A DNA stretch of 64,000 bases from Neophaeotheca triangularis (GCA_054600435.1 BAAIJX010000002.1:868001-932000), one strand, 5' to 3'. Counted from the stretch's first letter, positions 13,701 through 26,794 are shown. The notes: generated from the sequence alone by a model not told the origin. Translations and numbers: made by a program.

Positions 13701-16700
13701 TTACCTCTAACCCTACCTTACCGCTAAAGGAGAATTTCAGTGTTATGACTATAGCTAAATAGAAGGTAGATAAGGTAGTACCTATTAACGACTCGAGTAC
13801 TATTCTGTCTAAGATTCCTAGTAGATAGTTAGATTAGCGAAAGAAAGCTATAGAGCGCTAGATTAAGAGTATACTAAAAGATCTTGTCGCTTACTCTAAG
13901 TATAATGGCTACTTCGAACTACGATATATATAAGAGCTAAGAGGCTATAGGTTAACCCTAGAGTAGATAGTAGGAGTAATAGTTAACATTACGCTCTTAC
14001 TAGAAGAACGTCGGCTATTCGAAGTGATGTTAATAGCCTATAAGCTAGCCCCTATGTAGGACTTTAAGGAGTATAGTATAATCTATAAAGATATGTGCTC
14101 TCTAGTCAAGATAAGAATAGTACTCTATAAAGCCTAGTAGGCCAAGACATATCCTATACCGAAAGCTTTATCTAGGGAGCTCGTCGAGATGTTAGAAGAC
14201 CGACTAAAAGCTAGTGTCCTTAAGTATAGCTAAGGACAATACTAGAATCCTTAGTTTCTAGTTAAAAAGAAGAATAGTAAATATAGGCTAATTAACTTAG
14301 CTACTATCCTGAATTCGGTTATGGTTCGAGACGCTATAATGCTACTAGATCTCATAAGCTTTATCTACTATGTTATAGGTAGACTACTCCTCTTACTATA
14401 TAACGTTTTCTCTAGATATGATGAAATCCGGTTACACGAAGAAAGCCGCGACATGATAGCTATCATGACTCTATTAGGGCTCCTAAGATAGATAACCTTA
14501 CTAATAGGTTAGATGAACTTAGTAGCTATCTTTTGCCGAGTTATGATATAGATACTTATAGTGCTATATCTACATGACGCTATCCTATATATCGACGACA
14601 TTATCGCTATTAGCGACTATAGTGACTCCTAGGGCGACCCTAACCCTTTACCTAGTATTAGGCTCTTAGTCTATAACTATGTCTAGAAACTAGACTAACT
14701 ACTCGCGGACATGGAGCGAGCTAGATATACTATCGCTATAGGGAAATCGTACTTCCTTTCCGAGGAGCTTAAGGTTATCAGCTTTATATATATGCCTAGT
14801 AGTACGAAGCTATTATGCTTAAAGGTTAAAGCTATCGCTAAGTGGACTAAGTGTCGCATATTACATGAAGCTCGTAGCTTCATTAGAATGTATATATACT
14901 ACAAGTAGTTGATCTAGGGATTTATATAGTATATAAGGCTGATTATTACGCTTATATGGAAAGATGTGCCTTTCATCTAGGGACTAGAACAAGCTATAGT
15001 AATAGTAGACCTAAAAGAGTAGCTAATGAAATTCCTAATCATAGCCCTAGTTGAATATAGTATAGATATAGGCTAACTAGTTCTTATAGTTAATATATGT
15101 AGTACTAGCTAGGGACTTTACTTATAATAAGAAGTTACTAATACGAAAAGACGAGTTATCTAGTATAATAGCGGTCTCTAGAACGAGAGCGAGTAGAAAT
15201 ATGATGCTGTTAAGCTCGAGTACTAGGCGTTAATAATCGCTCTTAAAAGGTTATAGCTATACCTTTATAGTATGAGGTTTGTAGTTAAAATAGATGCTAA
15301 TATGCTAGTTACCTAGCTTAATAAGGTTGCCTCGGACATACTAAATGCCATGGTAACTCGCTAGCTAGCTTAGATTTAACTATTTGATTTCGACGTGCGA
15401 CATGTCGCTAGTACGAAAAACGTCATTACTAACGGCCTGTCCTAGAAGTCTAATGGGCCGGCTAATACTAAAGACATCGACAACTAGGTTAACGTCTATC
15501 TCGATAGCATTTCGGTAGGGCTATCCCCGGTACTAGGCCTAACGTCTACTATTAGTAGAAATAGAGTACTAGCCTTAGCGGTAGGGCTACCCCTAGCGCT
15601 AGTCCTAATGTATACTAGTAACGAAAATCGAGGATCTACCTATATAGTAGGGTTACTCCTAGTATAGGGCCTAATGCCCGTGAGTAGTAAAGACAGAGCT
15701 TCGACTCCTTCTAATAGGGAGAGGGAACCTACTAATAATAATGTACTTAACTCTACCTACTCTAAGTACTCGTAAAGTGTCGCCTACTAGCTCACGACTA
15801 TATAAAGGCCTATAGACCTATCTAAATCGGAGTTCTAGGTATTTAAGCGACAAGTAATACAATTCCTAGTCTATAATGACTAACTATTTCGCTATATAAA
15901 TAGGAACTAGCCATTAACTCGTATAGTAGACGGAGAGTAGAACTGACTACAAATAATAAAAGAACTTCATGATAAGGGTAGTCACTATAGAAGAGAAGGG
16001 ACATACCGGAAAGTAGTAGACAGGTACTAGTAGGAAGGCATATATAATACTATTATAGTATATGTCAAAACCTACTAGGAGTGTTAGCTATATGTATGGA
16101 ACTAATTAGAAGAACTACTACACCCTATCTACATGAACGTAGTAGGTAGGAAGTAGGCCGTCGACCTAGTACGAATACCGGAATCCTATACTTTCTAGTA
16201 CATTACCCTTACCTAGGAAGACATGTCTAGCTAGGTAGAAGGCTGACTACTATATAACACTAAGAGCTATAGGCTAGCTCGCTTCCTTTACGAGGATATC
16301 GTTACTCGACATAAAGTGTTTAGGAAACTAGTCTATAATAGAGGCCTAGAGAACTAAGGGTAGACTACTATCCTACTTAAAGGATATAGTATCTAAGACA
16401 TCACGATCTCGCTATATTACCCCTAAGCTAATAGTATAGTAGAACGAGACTACCTGACTATCATTAATGCGTTAGCTAAAGCGAGTCGAGATACTAGACG
16501 ACCGTAGCTAGACCTACTCTATAGCGCGCTCTAGGCTAATAGGACTACTATACGAGCTACTACTAGTATAACTCTAGTAGCTATAATCTATAGTAGGGAG
16601 CCTATCCTACTAGTAGAGTTATTATTCCCGACCTAGTACACTATTAACTAGAACGGCATTTAAACGACGGAAGACCTACTAGTAGTATAGATGAAGTAGC

Positions 16701-17275
16701 TCGAACATTAGGATAAGAAGATAGATAAAGCCCTTCTACACTTATAGCGCCACTACGAGTTTAATAAGGAGTACTTCGATAAGACTCATTAGATAAGGCT
16801 AGAGTAGTTAAATGTCAGTAATCTAGTATTACTATTCGACTCGGTTCGTAATACTAATATGACGGCAAACTACAAATTCGCCTCTCGCTAGCTCGGTCTA
16901 TATCGCATTAAAACTATCTAGGAGAATATAGGCTTATACTATCTCGAGGAGCTTAATAGGATAGTACTAGATAAGCCGTATACTAGTCGACTGTTGAAAC
17001 TGTTTCACCTAAGGAATAATGTACTCGTAATATAAGACGAGGACAATGTAGACCTAGTAGAAGAGCACTCGATATCTAGGGGTAACGCATCTAACCCTAA
17101 GGACATCGTCCTAGCTATATAGGAAGGGCCTCGTAGGAGCTAGCGGTTACAACTAACTACTAATGTTACGCTAGTACTAAGGCGAAGTAGTACTAGTTTT
17201 GTCTCGATTCCTAGTATTTAGTACGACCTAATAGAGTACGAGCAATTTAGGGACCTAGAGTCTAATGAAGATTAG
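10758..17275 (+). pseudogene. Element C gag-protease and RT-RNase H-integrase remnants
   Basis: ATG at 10758; RIPed LL(D)S(G)(A)DINV protease at 12909; YIDDI at 14588; ELHD..GH and (C)xxC integrase zinc finger at ~15961-16085; Y(H)P(Q)AN(G) at ~16415. Confidence 0.85.
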
Positions 17276-17284
17276 TGTGGCCAC

Positions 17285-17683
17285 ATTATTCGTAACCGTT
17301 ATGAACAATACTAGGCCTAACACTACGCCTTCTCATAACACCTTAGTAATGCCGACGAGGCTCGTTACATTATTCGTAACCGTTATGAATAATGCCTCCT
17401 ATTACCCTATAGTGTAGTGTTATCGCTACGGCTACGTTATATTGTTTATATCTGTTATGAATAATGCCTTCTATTACCTCTAACACCTTAGTAGTATAGA
17501 TGAAGCTGTCACATTGTTCGTAACCGTTATGAACAATACTAGGCCTAACACCGCGAGTCCTAGTAGTGTAGACGAGGCTCATCACATTATTCGTAACTAT
17601 TATGAACAATGTCTCCCTTCACCCTATGAATTCTTAGCGTTATGGCCGAGCTCATTATATTATTCGTAACTATTATGAACAAT
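17285..17683. repeat. Array of six 25-bp palindromes (consensus ATTGTTCGTAACCGTTACGAACAAT), period 72-84 bp
   Basis: Copies start at 17285, 17369, 17441, 17513, 17586 and 17659; spacers are partly related to each other. Confidence 0.9.
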
Positions 17684-17823
17684 AATTGCCTTCGCCCTAT
17701 AACACTTCAGTGTTATATACTACGTGTCTAACACATAGTCACTACTCGTATTACCGGTATATGAGTTAGTAACACATATATAACATGTGCCTAATACATG
17801 CTCTACTAGCTAACATAGCTACC

Positions 17824-17831
17824 TATAAAAG
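17824..17831 (+). promoter_or_regulatory. Candidate TATA box for the element C cargo gene
   Basis: TATAAAAG followed by CT-rich sequence, located between the palindrome array and the cargo ORF. RIP can create TA-rich motifs. Confidence 0.35.
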
Positions 17832-18317
17832 AGGCCTCCCCTCCTACTCTACTCCCTCTACCTCTTCTCTCTCTCTAATAGTAACCACTACTACTACTAC
17901 TTCTTCTTCTCTTACTCACACCAAGACATCATTAACACTAACTACACTATATCTAGCTAACTAGCTATTATTAGCACTACTACGAGAACCTTCGAGTAGT
18001 TTAGCTTCACTTCTAGACAAGCCTTGAAGTAGCTACTCCCTCTAACCTTTATGACCTCTTTAACCTTATCGATATCTCTAGTACTTATTACTCCGACACC
18101 TCTATCCTTTAGTACCTATACCTACTTCCTTACTTTACATTCTCCTAAACCTATGACTTTACTAACACCTTTTCACTTTAACACTAACACTAACACTAAT
18201 ACCCGACATATCTTAGCGCGCGACACATGGAGTAACTAATTCTGCTTTTCTTCTTCTCCTTACTTTCATATCTCTCTCTCTCTCTTTTTCCTATAGTTAA
18301 GATTAAGATTGCTAACT

Positions 18318-21300
18318 ATAGTACCTAAGTAAGTAGCTACTCTAAAGTATCTATATGTAGGTTCCTAAGCTAGCTCTAGATTAGGTAGTTCGAATGAACT
18401 AGTAGCTCCTAAAAGCCCTCGCCTTACTTATAGTAGCTAGGCCACTATACGCCCTACTACTATCTTAGCCGCGCCCACGACCGCATCTATACCTAATAAC
18501 ACTATAGTAGCGAGGTCTACTGACTAGTTAAGCGTCTACTAAACCTAAGGAGCGACTAGCGAATAGGGAGCTCTAACACTCGACATATAGCAATATACCT
18601 TGAGCATTTCTAGGGTATAGCTTGAAAACACTATAAAGGAGATACTATAAAAGATTACTACTATAACTAACTTATATGCCCGAGATGCTATGTAGCTTAC
18701 TATACTTAAGATAGTACATGAAGTAGGCGAAGACTAGGACATGTTAGCATATATAGTAGATGACTATATATGAAGCGACCCTATATAGGCCCTAAAAAGA
18801 GCTGAGTTTAGGAAGATTAAAGACATAGCTACCTATAGCCGTTATAACCTACGTATTACTTGAAAGGAGAACTTCCTCTCTTCATGTAGGCTAGTCAATA
18901 CTACTAAAGCTATCAATTTAGAAACTATTAACTATATCTTTATAGCTCTAGAGAATGTGTCCTAGGGATTCGTTAATCTCGCCAAATATACCTAGACATC
19001 TAAGTAGACATTCTAGAAGCTACATACTACTACTAGTATCTAGACTATATATAGACTTATTAAGGAAACTCCTATAGGTTAACTAACTAGTGGAAAAGGG
19101 AAACCACTCTATATGTTCTTCTACACTAAGGCCGACTTTAATCATATAGTAGGCATAGACTAGATATCTAAGTTTACGACTAAGCGGACTACTAACGAGC
19201 TATAGAACATAGTAGGGGAGCTAGTCGATAAATATAAAAAGATATGCCTAAACGACCTCGCCCTATACTAAGGATAGGATAGCTAGCTCTCTTTCCTTAC
19301 CCGTCCTACTACCCTAACGATACCTAAAGCCCTAGAGACCTTACGACGAGAAGAGCACTTTATTAGTACTATCTCCCTAAGCCCTATAGGATAGCTACGA
19401 TCTCGAAACACTAGTATACTACTAATGCCTACGATTAAGGAGGATGTAGTATCTATAGTATCTATATTAGAGGAGCTTTATCGCTAGCTCTAGGGGTATT
19501 ACTAGCTACTATAACCCTCGTCTATACCTATATCTACTACCTTAGCCCTTCGTACTTATACTTATACCTAGTCTACTAGTGTAGGAACGTTAGCTCTAGC
19601 TCTAGACATATTAGCTATACCCCTAGATATAGCCCTAACACGAGTAGTACGAGGACTCTAGCTTAGCGAGTTGCCCTCTCTAACGCTAGAGGAGATCTAA
19701 GTAGTCATGGTGGCCTAGTTTACTAGTAATGCTATATATAGTAGTCTCTATAGTAGCCGATGTATGTATGAGGTAGATAAGATAGCCCTACTATAGTTAC
19801 GGGTTATGCTTAAGGCCGACAATAACTAATGAACTAGTTTCCGTATTATCGTAGAAGATAGGGATCGTATAGACTTATGTACTAGCTATAGTGCCTACTA
19901 CTATAGCGTGTACGCGACCTACTAAAGGCTAGTAGTATAGAGTCTTAGATTAGTTATTTAAGGGAAAGATAGTAAGAAGACTAATGACTACATCTACTAC
20001 ATCGCGAAACTCCTAAAGCAATCCTAGAAAAACATCGTTTACGGCTATATCTACTAGTTTCTAAACACTAAAGTCTAATGTCTACTAGGGATCTTAGCTA
20101 ATGTTAATAACCTAGAGACTTTCGTATATAAACTAGTAGAATCTAGCATAATACGCTACCTCGACATAGACTAGAAAGCGAGGATTATAGAAGGACTTAG
20201 TATTACTATCGCCTAGTATAAAGAATAGGAAAGGAACGGCACCATTAACATTCTAGATTTATTCCCCGAGCTACTAGAGGTTAAGGACCTAATCAAAAGC
20301 GAGTTCAGTATATACGACGCCTACCTACAAAACAACATATCTAACCGGGGCTAGTATAGGAACATGTACTACAGCCTGATTTAATAGTACCTTCGCTAGA
20401 GCCTAGTACTAATCTTACTATATACTCTATTACACAATGACGGCCTACTTTAGCTAGTGTCCTACCTATATTACACTAAGAACTAGTACCCTAGGGACTC
20501 TACTAGATTTAGGCATATTGATTTGAACCTAGTGTTTACATAGAATAATGGCACTAGCATGTATACTATTTAGGGTAGTATTAGTATCCTTAATGAGTTT
20601 GAGGATAACTATACTATAGTGGTCAAGGGGATATACTAGCGCCTAGAGGAGTAGACGAACTTCCTTATCGCTAATAACCTAGACTATAAGAAAGAGATTA
20701 TAGCTGTCGATAACACGAACCTACTAAAAGACTAGCTCTTAGCCTAGGGTTTAAAGTAGTAGCTAGTCCCTTATAAGGCCTTCGAAGTTTGTATTTCTAA
20801 TCCATGCCTACCCTATAGTACTACTATGTTAAAAGCTGTTTACGAACGTATAACTGTCCTACCCTAGTTCGTAGGAATCGACTAAGACTATGAGTACCTT
20901 TAGAATACTACTAGTAGAAAGTGGAGCGACATTACTACTATATACCGCGACTTCGTGCCTAGCCCGTCAAGTAGCTCTAGTTACACTACTAAGTATAGAG
21001 CTCCTTATGTACTATTTCCTACGACCCTACATCTAGTAGTATAGGATGCCTTATCTAGAGTAGCTATTAGCGAATTATAGTACACGAGCCCTAACATCTA
21101 GTAAGTACTATGTACTATTACTATAGAGAGCCTATATTATGTCTAGAAGTACATTTAGGAAATCCGGGATAACGCTGTTAAGGCATATGAGCTCGCCTAG
21201 GTATATTAGCGAGACGAAGAGAAAAGGGTGTTTTAGAATAAGTCGTTCTACTATTTAGAAAGTTCTAGCTCTACTCTACTACTATAGGATAAAGGAAAGA

Positions 21301-21392
21301 GGGGAGCTATACTAGTAGGATAGGAGGAGCTTATAGAGGAAATGTAGGATAAGGAGAACTCAATAGTGGTTTAGGGTAGCATAGCTACTATA
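18318..21392 (+). pseudogene. Element C cargo ORF (~1000 codons) with a C-terminal PhyH/clavaminate-synthase-like 2OG-Fe(II) dioxygenase domain, RIP-inactivated (ends approximate)
   Basis: Single frame. De-RIPed motifs: G(W)xRNMYYSLI(QQ)YLR(Q), LVSY(P)YY, FRHIDLN (HID intact at 20514-20522), I(Q)GSISIL(D)E..DN(C)TIVVKG(MH), V(R)ISNPCLP(HG) (distal His codon at 20814), LP(W)FV. Confidence 0.7.
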
Positions 21393-21422
21393 GAGTGGCG
21401 AGACTTTCTAGCTAGGGAGGGA

Positions 21423-21777
21423 TGTCGTAGTGACTCCTATACTGTATTCGTAGACATACTAGTTTTGCGGTATTTGCTTTATTATTACCCCCTTCACATA
21501 CCTACACCTCCCTCTATACTAGTACTTATATCTTAGACACCTACCTAGACAGACATATATAGAATGAATTATGACTACTTGAATTAGCCTCTAGGCACTA
21601 TGACCGACCTGACTAATTTCTAACCCCTAACACATTATTCATAACCGTTACGAATAATCCCTAATTCTTAACTATACCCGATTCCTAATCCTACTACATT
21701 GTTCATAACCGTTATGAATAATATCTCCCTAAGTAAAACTAGTCTCCTAGCTTCTCGAGTGCTCTCGCTACTCGACA
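21423..21777 (+). repeat. Element C 3' LTR
   Basis: TGTCG...CGACA; repeat of 9724-10078. Confidence 0.92.
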
Positions 21778-24242
21778 CTACTATCTGTTTTCTTCTAGGT
21801 AGCTAACCTATACTAATATATGAATGTTTCTAAGATAAAGTTTCTACTAGCTCTAGAATCTATTATAGTAAAGGTTTCATATCCGTTAATAGTATATGTT
21901 GTTTAGAAGACCGTTCCTAATACTATTTCATGTTAAGTATTTATGTTGTTTAGTTCCTAATACTCGCTCTTAGCGATAGGTCCTATTCGTTTTTTAAGAA
22001 GTAGGTAGATAAATCCGCTGTCTTAAGAGAGACTTCCTAGTAAAGGGGTCTATCCTAAGGTCTAATTGTGACTTTTCCTTAGATTACGTGTATAGTAATA
22101 GGTCCTCGTGTAGTTACTTTAATGTGTCTAAGAATCATCTTTTAGTCGACTAGTAGTCGAAATTTTTCGTATAGTACTATCGTCTATTAGTTTAAGGAAT
22201 CCTATACTTGTTTCTTCATTTCTTAAAGTATGATTTCTTCTTCTCTCTATTACTTCTAGATAAGCTAGAATTCTCTATAACGATTCTTAACTGTCTTAAC
22301 TTATTATCTTATCATGTATAGGATTCGTATCCTATCTAGCGTAATGTAGCTATTTTCTCTATAGAAAGTACTTCCTATTAGTAGCCTATCCTAGATAAAG
22401 GTAGTAGTATTATACTCGATAGCGACCTTTTAGTAGTCCTAGAACATTACTCGTAATCATATAAGTATAGCTTCGAATTGATTAGGTTCTAAGCGTCGTT
22501 TGCCTTAGATTACTAGGAATACTTCTTCATATAACTATGCGATATAAATGACCATTTTCTTAATTAGTCCTAGTCTATATATAATGAACTCTACTATGTC
22601 GTTATCATCTAGTTCGTCATCGTTAGTATAGTCATATTTAGAGTCGTCTTCGGAATCTATTACTATTATATCTTCTTATGATTCTAGAATCTCTAGAGGT
22701 ATCGATAGTCTTAAGGGGCTAATCTCTAGTGTTAGTATGATCGTAGTAAGTTCTAGTGTCTAAGATATTTCTTCGTTATCTAAGTTAGGTGTTAGTAGTA
22801 CTATTATTAGTAATAGTGCTTAGTTTTCTTATAGTTTATTGTCTTCCTATATAAATAGAGGTAGGGACCTTCCTTAGGCTATGTTACTATCGTCCCTTAA
22901 CTACTATAATGGTTAGTGTCTTGACATTATGTTAAGTTCCTTCTAAAGCTTATGTAGTTACTTAGATTCTTCGTCTATTATGGCCTTAATCCTGTCGTTA
23001 AGATCTACTATCTAATTAGCTACTTAGATCATGAGGTTGAAGTGTTCTTTAGTCTACTCCTTATAACTAACTAAGTTATCGTGAAACTCCCTAAGCTTCT
23101 AGTATTACTTGATTAGCGCATCCGTTCCGGACTTTAGGGTAACTCATTCAATAATGTTTACTTCCTTCTAAGGTCTAATAGGTATTCTGTTAGTTACTAG
23201 TCCCTAACTTTTATGTACTAAATAGTAATCCCTCTTACAAAACCTCTAGTAAAGTTCATTATACTCTAGTTCTTCGTAGGTTCTAGTAATATCATAAGCT
23301 CTATAGCTCTTATTAGTAGGAGAGCCATTATCCTATTAGGTTAAAATCGCATTGACCTCCTATCGTGGGCATATCTGTTTCCTATAGTAGTCTTATACAT
23401 AGTACTCTATCTTATAGTAGTTATAGCATTCCGGTCCATTCCGTTTCTTACTTAGGGCATTCTATTTACCCTATCCTCTATCCCTACCCTTCCTAGGATA
23501 CTATTACGTAGAGTCGAGTTCTATCGTATTAGGATCACGATGTTACTAACCGATAGGCCGGCTATTAGTAGTATAGCTAGTTCGTCCGCGAAATTATCTA
23601 GTGTAGCGTTTTTCCATAAACCATTTATAGAGAGCATTATTAACTTTAATCGCCGATTTGATTATACTAGGGAGAGTTAACTAATTGCCTCTATAGCGTA
23701 TAAGTTTATCCTTTATGTTATCCTTAAGTCCTTAGTAGTACATAGTTATGAGAGTATTATCGCTCTAGTTAGTCTTAGCTAAGTGCTCCTAAAACTTAGT
23801 AGTGTACTAAGAGGTAGACGTTTTCTACATAAGGTACTAAATCATTCGGATAGTAATCTATCGATCGTTACTTAATCTATAGATGTTGTGGATAACTTTA
23901 ACGAAAGACTTCTAGTTCGAGAATAGTCCTTTAGGGTCGATTTATTCTATAAGGAAATCTATAAGCTTAGGGTAGATCTAGTGTTAAGCTTCTCCTCGAA
24001 GGAACGAAGTAGTAGTAAGAGGTTACTTCTACTTACTAATGCTTTCTATAAGAAAGAACATCATTATCTAGTTGACCTAGTCGTCTAGCTTATTACGTTC
24101 GCTATAGAAGTAGTCTAGTTTAGTAACCTTATTAGTTGTTATAGTTAATACTCCTCATTAAGTACTAGCGACGCTTATGTCTCGGTTATCAGATAGGGAC
24201 ATACTTACCTATTAATCTCTCTTTCCTAGAGGGTGTTTAAAG

Positions 24243-24661
24243 TGTTATAATCCTATAAGGTAGTCTTATAGGTAGAGCTCGTAGCGGAAGAGGAGAGATA
24301 TTATAAAAGGCTAGTAAGGGTATTTCCTTTATTATAAGGATTTTAAAGATATATGAAGTGTCGCTATAGACCTTTTAGTAAGATTGTAACATAAGTTGAA
24401 CACAAATCTCTACCTAAGAAATATCGCTAGCTATATATATAAGAGATTTATATTAGATTAGTCCTTAACTAATCTATCGTACTTAGGATTAGACTAATCC
24501 TAAGTGTCCTAGCTTAGACTTAGTCTAAGTCTAAGCGAGTATACTTAATTGAAGTCTAAGCGAACATCTTAGCTAGTTCTAAGATCATATGTCTAGTAAG
24601 CTTTAGGGTTAGACCCTAGCTTAGACTAGGGATTCTAGTTCTACTTAGCTTAGCCGTAACA
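24243..24661 (-). repeat. B1 5' LTR
   Basis: 419 bp; matches the three other B LTRs. Confidence 0.92.
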
Positions 24662-24666
24662 TTACT

Positions 24667-26375
24667 CTCCCTATTCTATAGGAGAGGCTTATTATTACTA
24701 CTTTCCCTTAGGAGAGGCTTATTAGTAATCTCCCTTAAGAGAAGGTTAGTACTCTCTCTACTCTTTAGAGGAGACTTACTAGTATTAGTACTCTCCCTTA
24801 GGAGAGGCTTATTATTAATGTTAGTGCTCTCCCTTAAGAGAGGCTTATTATTACTACTCTCCCTTAGGAGAGGCTTATTATTATTACTACTCCTATTATA
24901 GGCTATTAGAGTTCTCCTAAAGCCCTAGGATATAAAGGGCTAATTACTCTCCCTAAACTATAGGAGCCTAAATAGGCCTAAAGTAGGTATCCTTATTAAA
25001 GGTTATATATAGGCTCTAAATAATGCTAAATAGGCCCTATCTAGTTAGTATTATTAAGAGGTAATTAGTAGTAGAGTTATCTTAGAATCCTATAAACTAG
25101 TAAATAGTAGCCCTTAAGGTAAACTTTTCTAAGGTAATCCTATTTTAGTTATATAGGAATACTTTATAGCTAAATCTTCTAAGGTTAGAGAGGTTAATAG
25201 TCTAGTCCTTAGAAACCCCTAAATCCTCTTTAAGGTATTATAGGGGGATCTTCTTAGTCCTAAGGTTATAGACTATATTAGTAATATAGGTTATATAGTT
25301 TATAGCTAGGGGCTAGAGATCTCTAGGAATACTAGAGTTAATTATTATTGCCCTAGCCTTAGCTAGGATGGTTTTATTAGATAACTCTATAATACTATTC
25401 TATTTAGGAGTCTTTAGGCTTAAGATATCCTATCTTATCCCTATTTGCTACACTATAGTAATTAAATTATAGTTAATAAACTCCTTACTACTATTAGAGA
25501 ACTATATCTTTAGTACCTTATTATAGGCATTTATAGTTCTTACTATAAAATTCCTAATAAATAATAGTACCTTACTTTTGTTTATTATAAAGAGAGGCTA
25601 TCTAAACCTAGTTTTAGAATCTATTAGGAAGATAATGTACCTTAGACTAATACTAGAGATTAGTATAATAGGGCTAACTATATTAATATGTATCTTATCT
25701 AGGGCTTAACTAGCCCTTACTCTTAGAGTTCTTAAGACTACCCTTTAAGACTTTAAGAGTTTATAGACCTTATAGTAGCTTAGGGCTATAGTGTCTACTA
25801 CTTTAAGCCTAGTTATATGTTACTTAGTAGTATTAAGGATACTACTACTAATATAGTCTAGTCTTTAGTACTATCTAGTTATATCTACCCTTAGCCTTAA
25901 CACTACTAATACTACTAGTAATTTTAGTATAGCTACTACTATCGATAGTAGGCTTTATTACTAAGGTAGTAGAAGGATTTTAAAATCCTATATAATATCT
26001 ACCTTATAAACTTGCTTTACTATTCTAATAGTACTTTTATTAGACCTTAGCTTATTAGTATATCTACCTAGAGTAATCCTATACTTCTAGTATAGTATGT
26101 CTATATAAATTAAGTTAGTAGAGGATCTTAGGGAGTATAGGACATTCTTTAGGGTAATACTAAAGATCTTATTATTATATCTAAGGGAGAGCTTAACTAT
26201 CCCTAAGTAGGTAATAGAGGCCTATCTAATAGCCTAGCTAAAGGTAATTAGCTTCCTAAGGGGCTTAATATCCTAAAAGCGCTTAAGCTTATTAAAGAAA
26301 GAGAAGGAGGATCTAGAGTCTAAAATAATAGTGATTTCTAGTACTATAGCTTATAGTACTATAGGGAGAGATAGA
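24667..26375 (-). pseudogene. Copia A protease/integrase remnant and repetitive IN-RT linker
   Basis: Resumes the sequence interrupted at 5463, with the same CTCTCCC/GGAGAG repeats; RIPed GH-C pre-integrase-like motif near 25790. Confidence 0.65.
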
Positions 26376-26794
26376 TGTTGCGATCCTACAAGGTAGTCTC
26401 ACGGGTAGAGCTCGTAGCGGAAGAGGAGAGATATCGAAGAAGGCTGGCAAGGGTATTTCCTTTGTCGTAAGGATTTCAAAGATACGTGAAGTGTCGCTGT
26501 AGACCTTTCAGTAAGATTGTAACATGAGTTGAACACAAATCTCTACCTAGGAAACATCGCTAGCTATATACATAGGAGATTCGTGTTGGATCAGTCCTTA
26601 ACTGATCCATCGTGCTCAGGATCAGACTGATCCTAAGTGTCCTAGCTTAGACTCAGTCTGAGTCTGAGCGAGCATACTTAGTTGAAGTCTGAGCGAACGT
26701 CTTGGCTGGTTCTGAGATCACGTGTTCGGCAAGCTTCAGGGCTAGACCCTGGCTCAGACTAGGAACTCTAGCTCTGCTCAGCTTGGCCGTAACA
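26376..26794 (-). repeat. B2 3' LTR
   Basis: TGTTGCG...CGTAACA; the adjacent minus-strand PPT is AAGGGGGATAG. Confidence 0.95.

Larger units (their letters stand above)
9724..21777 (+). mobile_element. Element C: large (12,054 bp) Ty3/Gypsy LTR retrotransposon with a cargo ORF, RIPed
   Basis: 355-bp LTRs at 9724-10078 and 21423-21777 (TG...CA); 4-bp TSD CTAC at 9720-9723 and 21778-21781; PPT AGGGAGGGA before the right LTR; domain order PR-RT-RH-IN. Confidence 0.92.
5464..24661 (-). mobile_element. Element B1: chromodomain Ty3/Gypsy LTR retrotransposon, heavily RIPed copy, interrupted by element C
   Basis: 419-bp LTRs at 5464-5882 and 24243-24661; TSD TTACT at 5459-5463 and 24662-24666. Collinear with B2, with differences dominated by C>T/G>A transitions. 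Confidence 0.93.

Noticed and set aside
17285..17683. CRISPR-like appearance (palindromic repeats with spacers)
   Set aside because: Eukaryotic retrotransposon context, no cas genes, spacers related to one another, and the same motif present in the LTRs. Reported as an element-internal repeat instead.
2053..26375. AT-rich DNA with frequent in-frame TAG/TAA, suggesting an alternative genetic code or foreign origin
   Set aside because: Explained by RIP: alignment to the less-mutated B2 copy shows CAG/TGG->TAG and CAA->TAA transitions.
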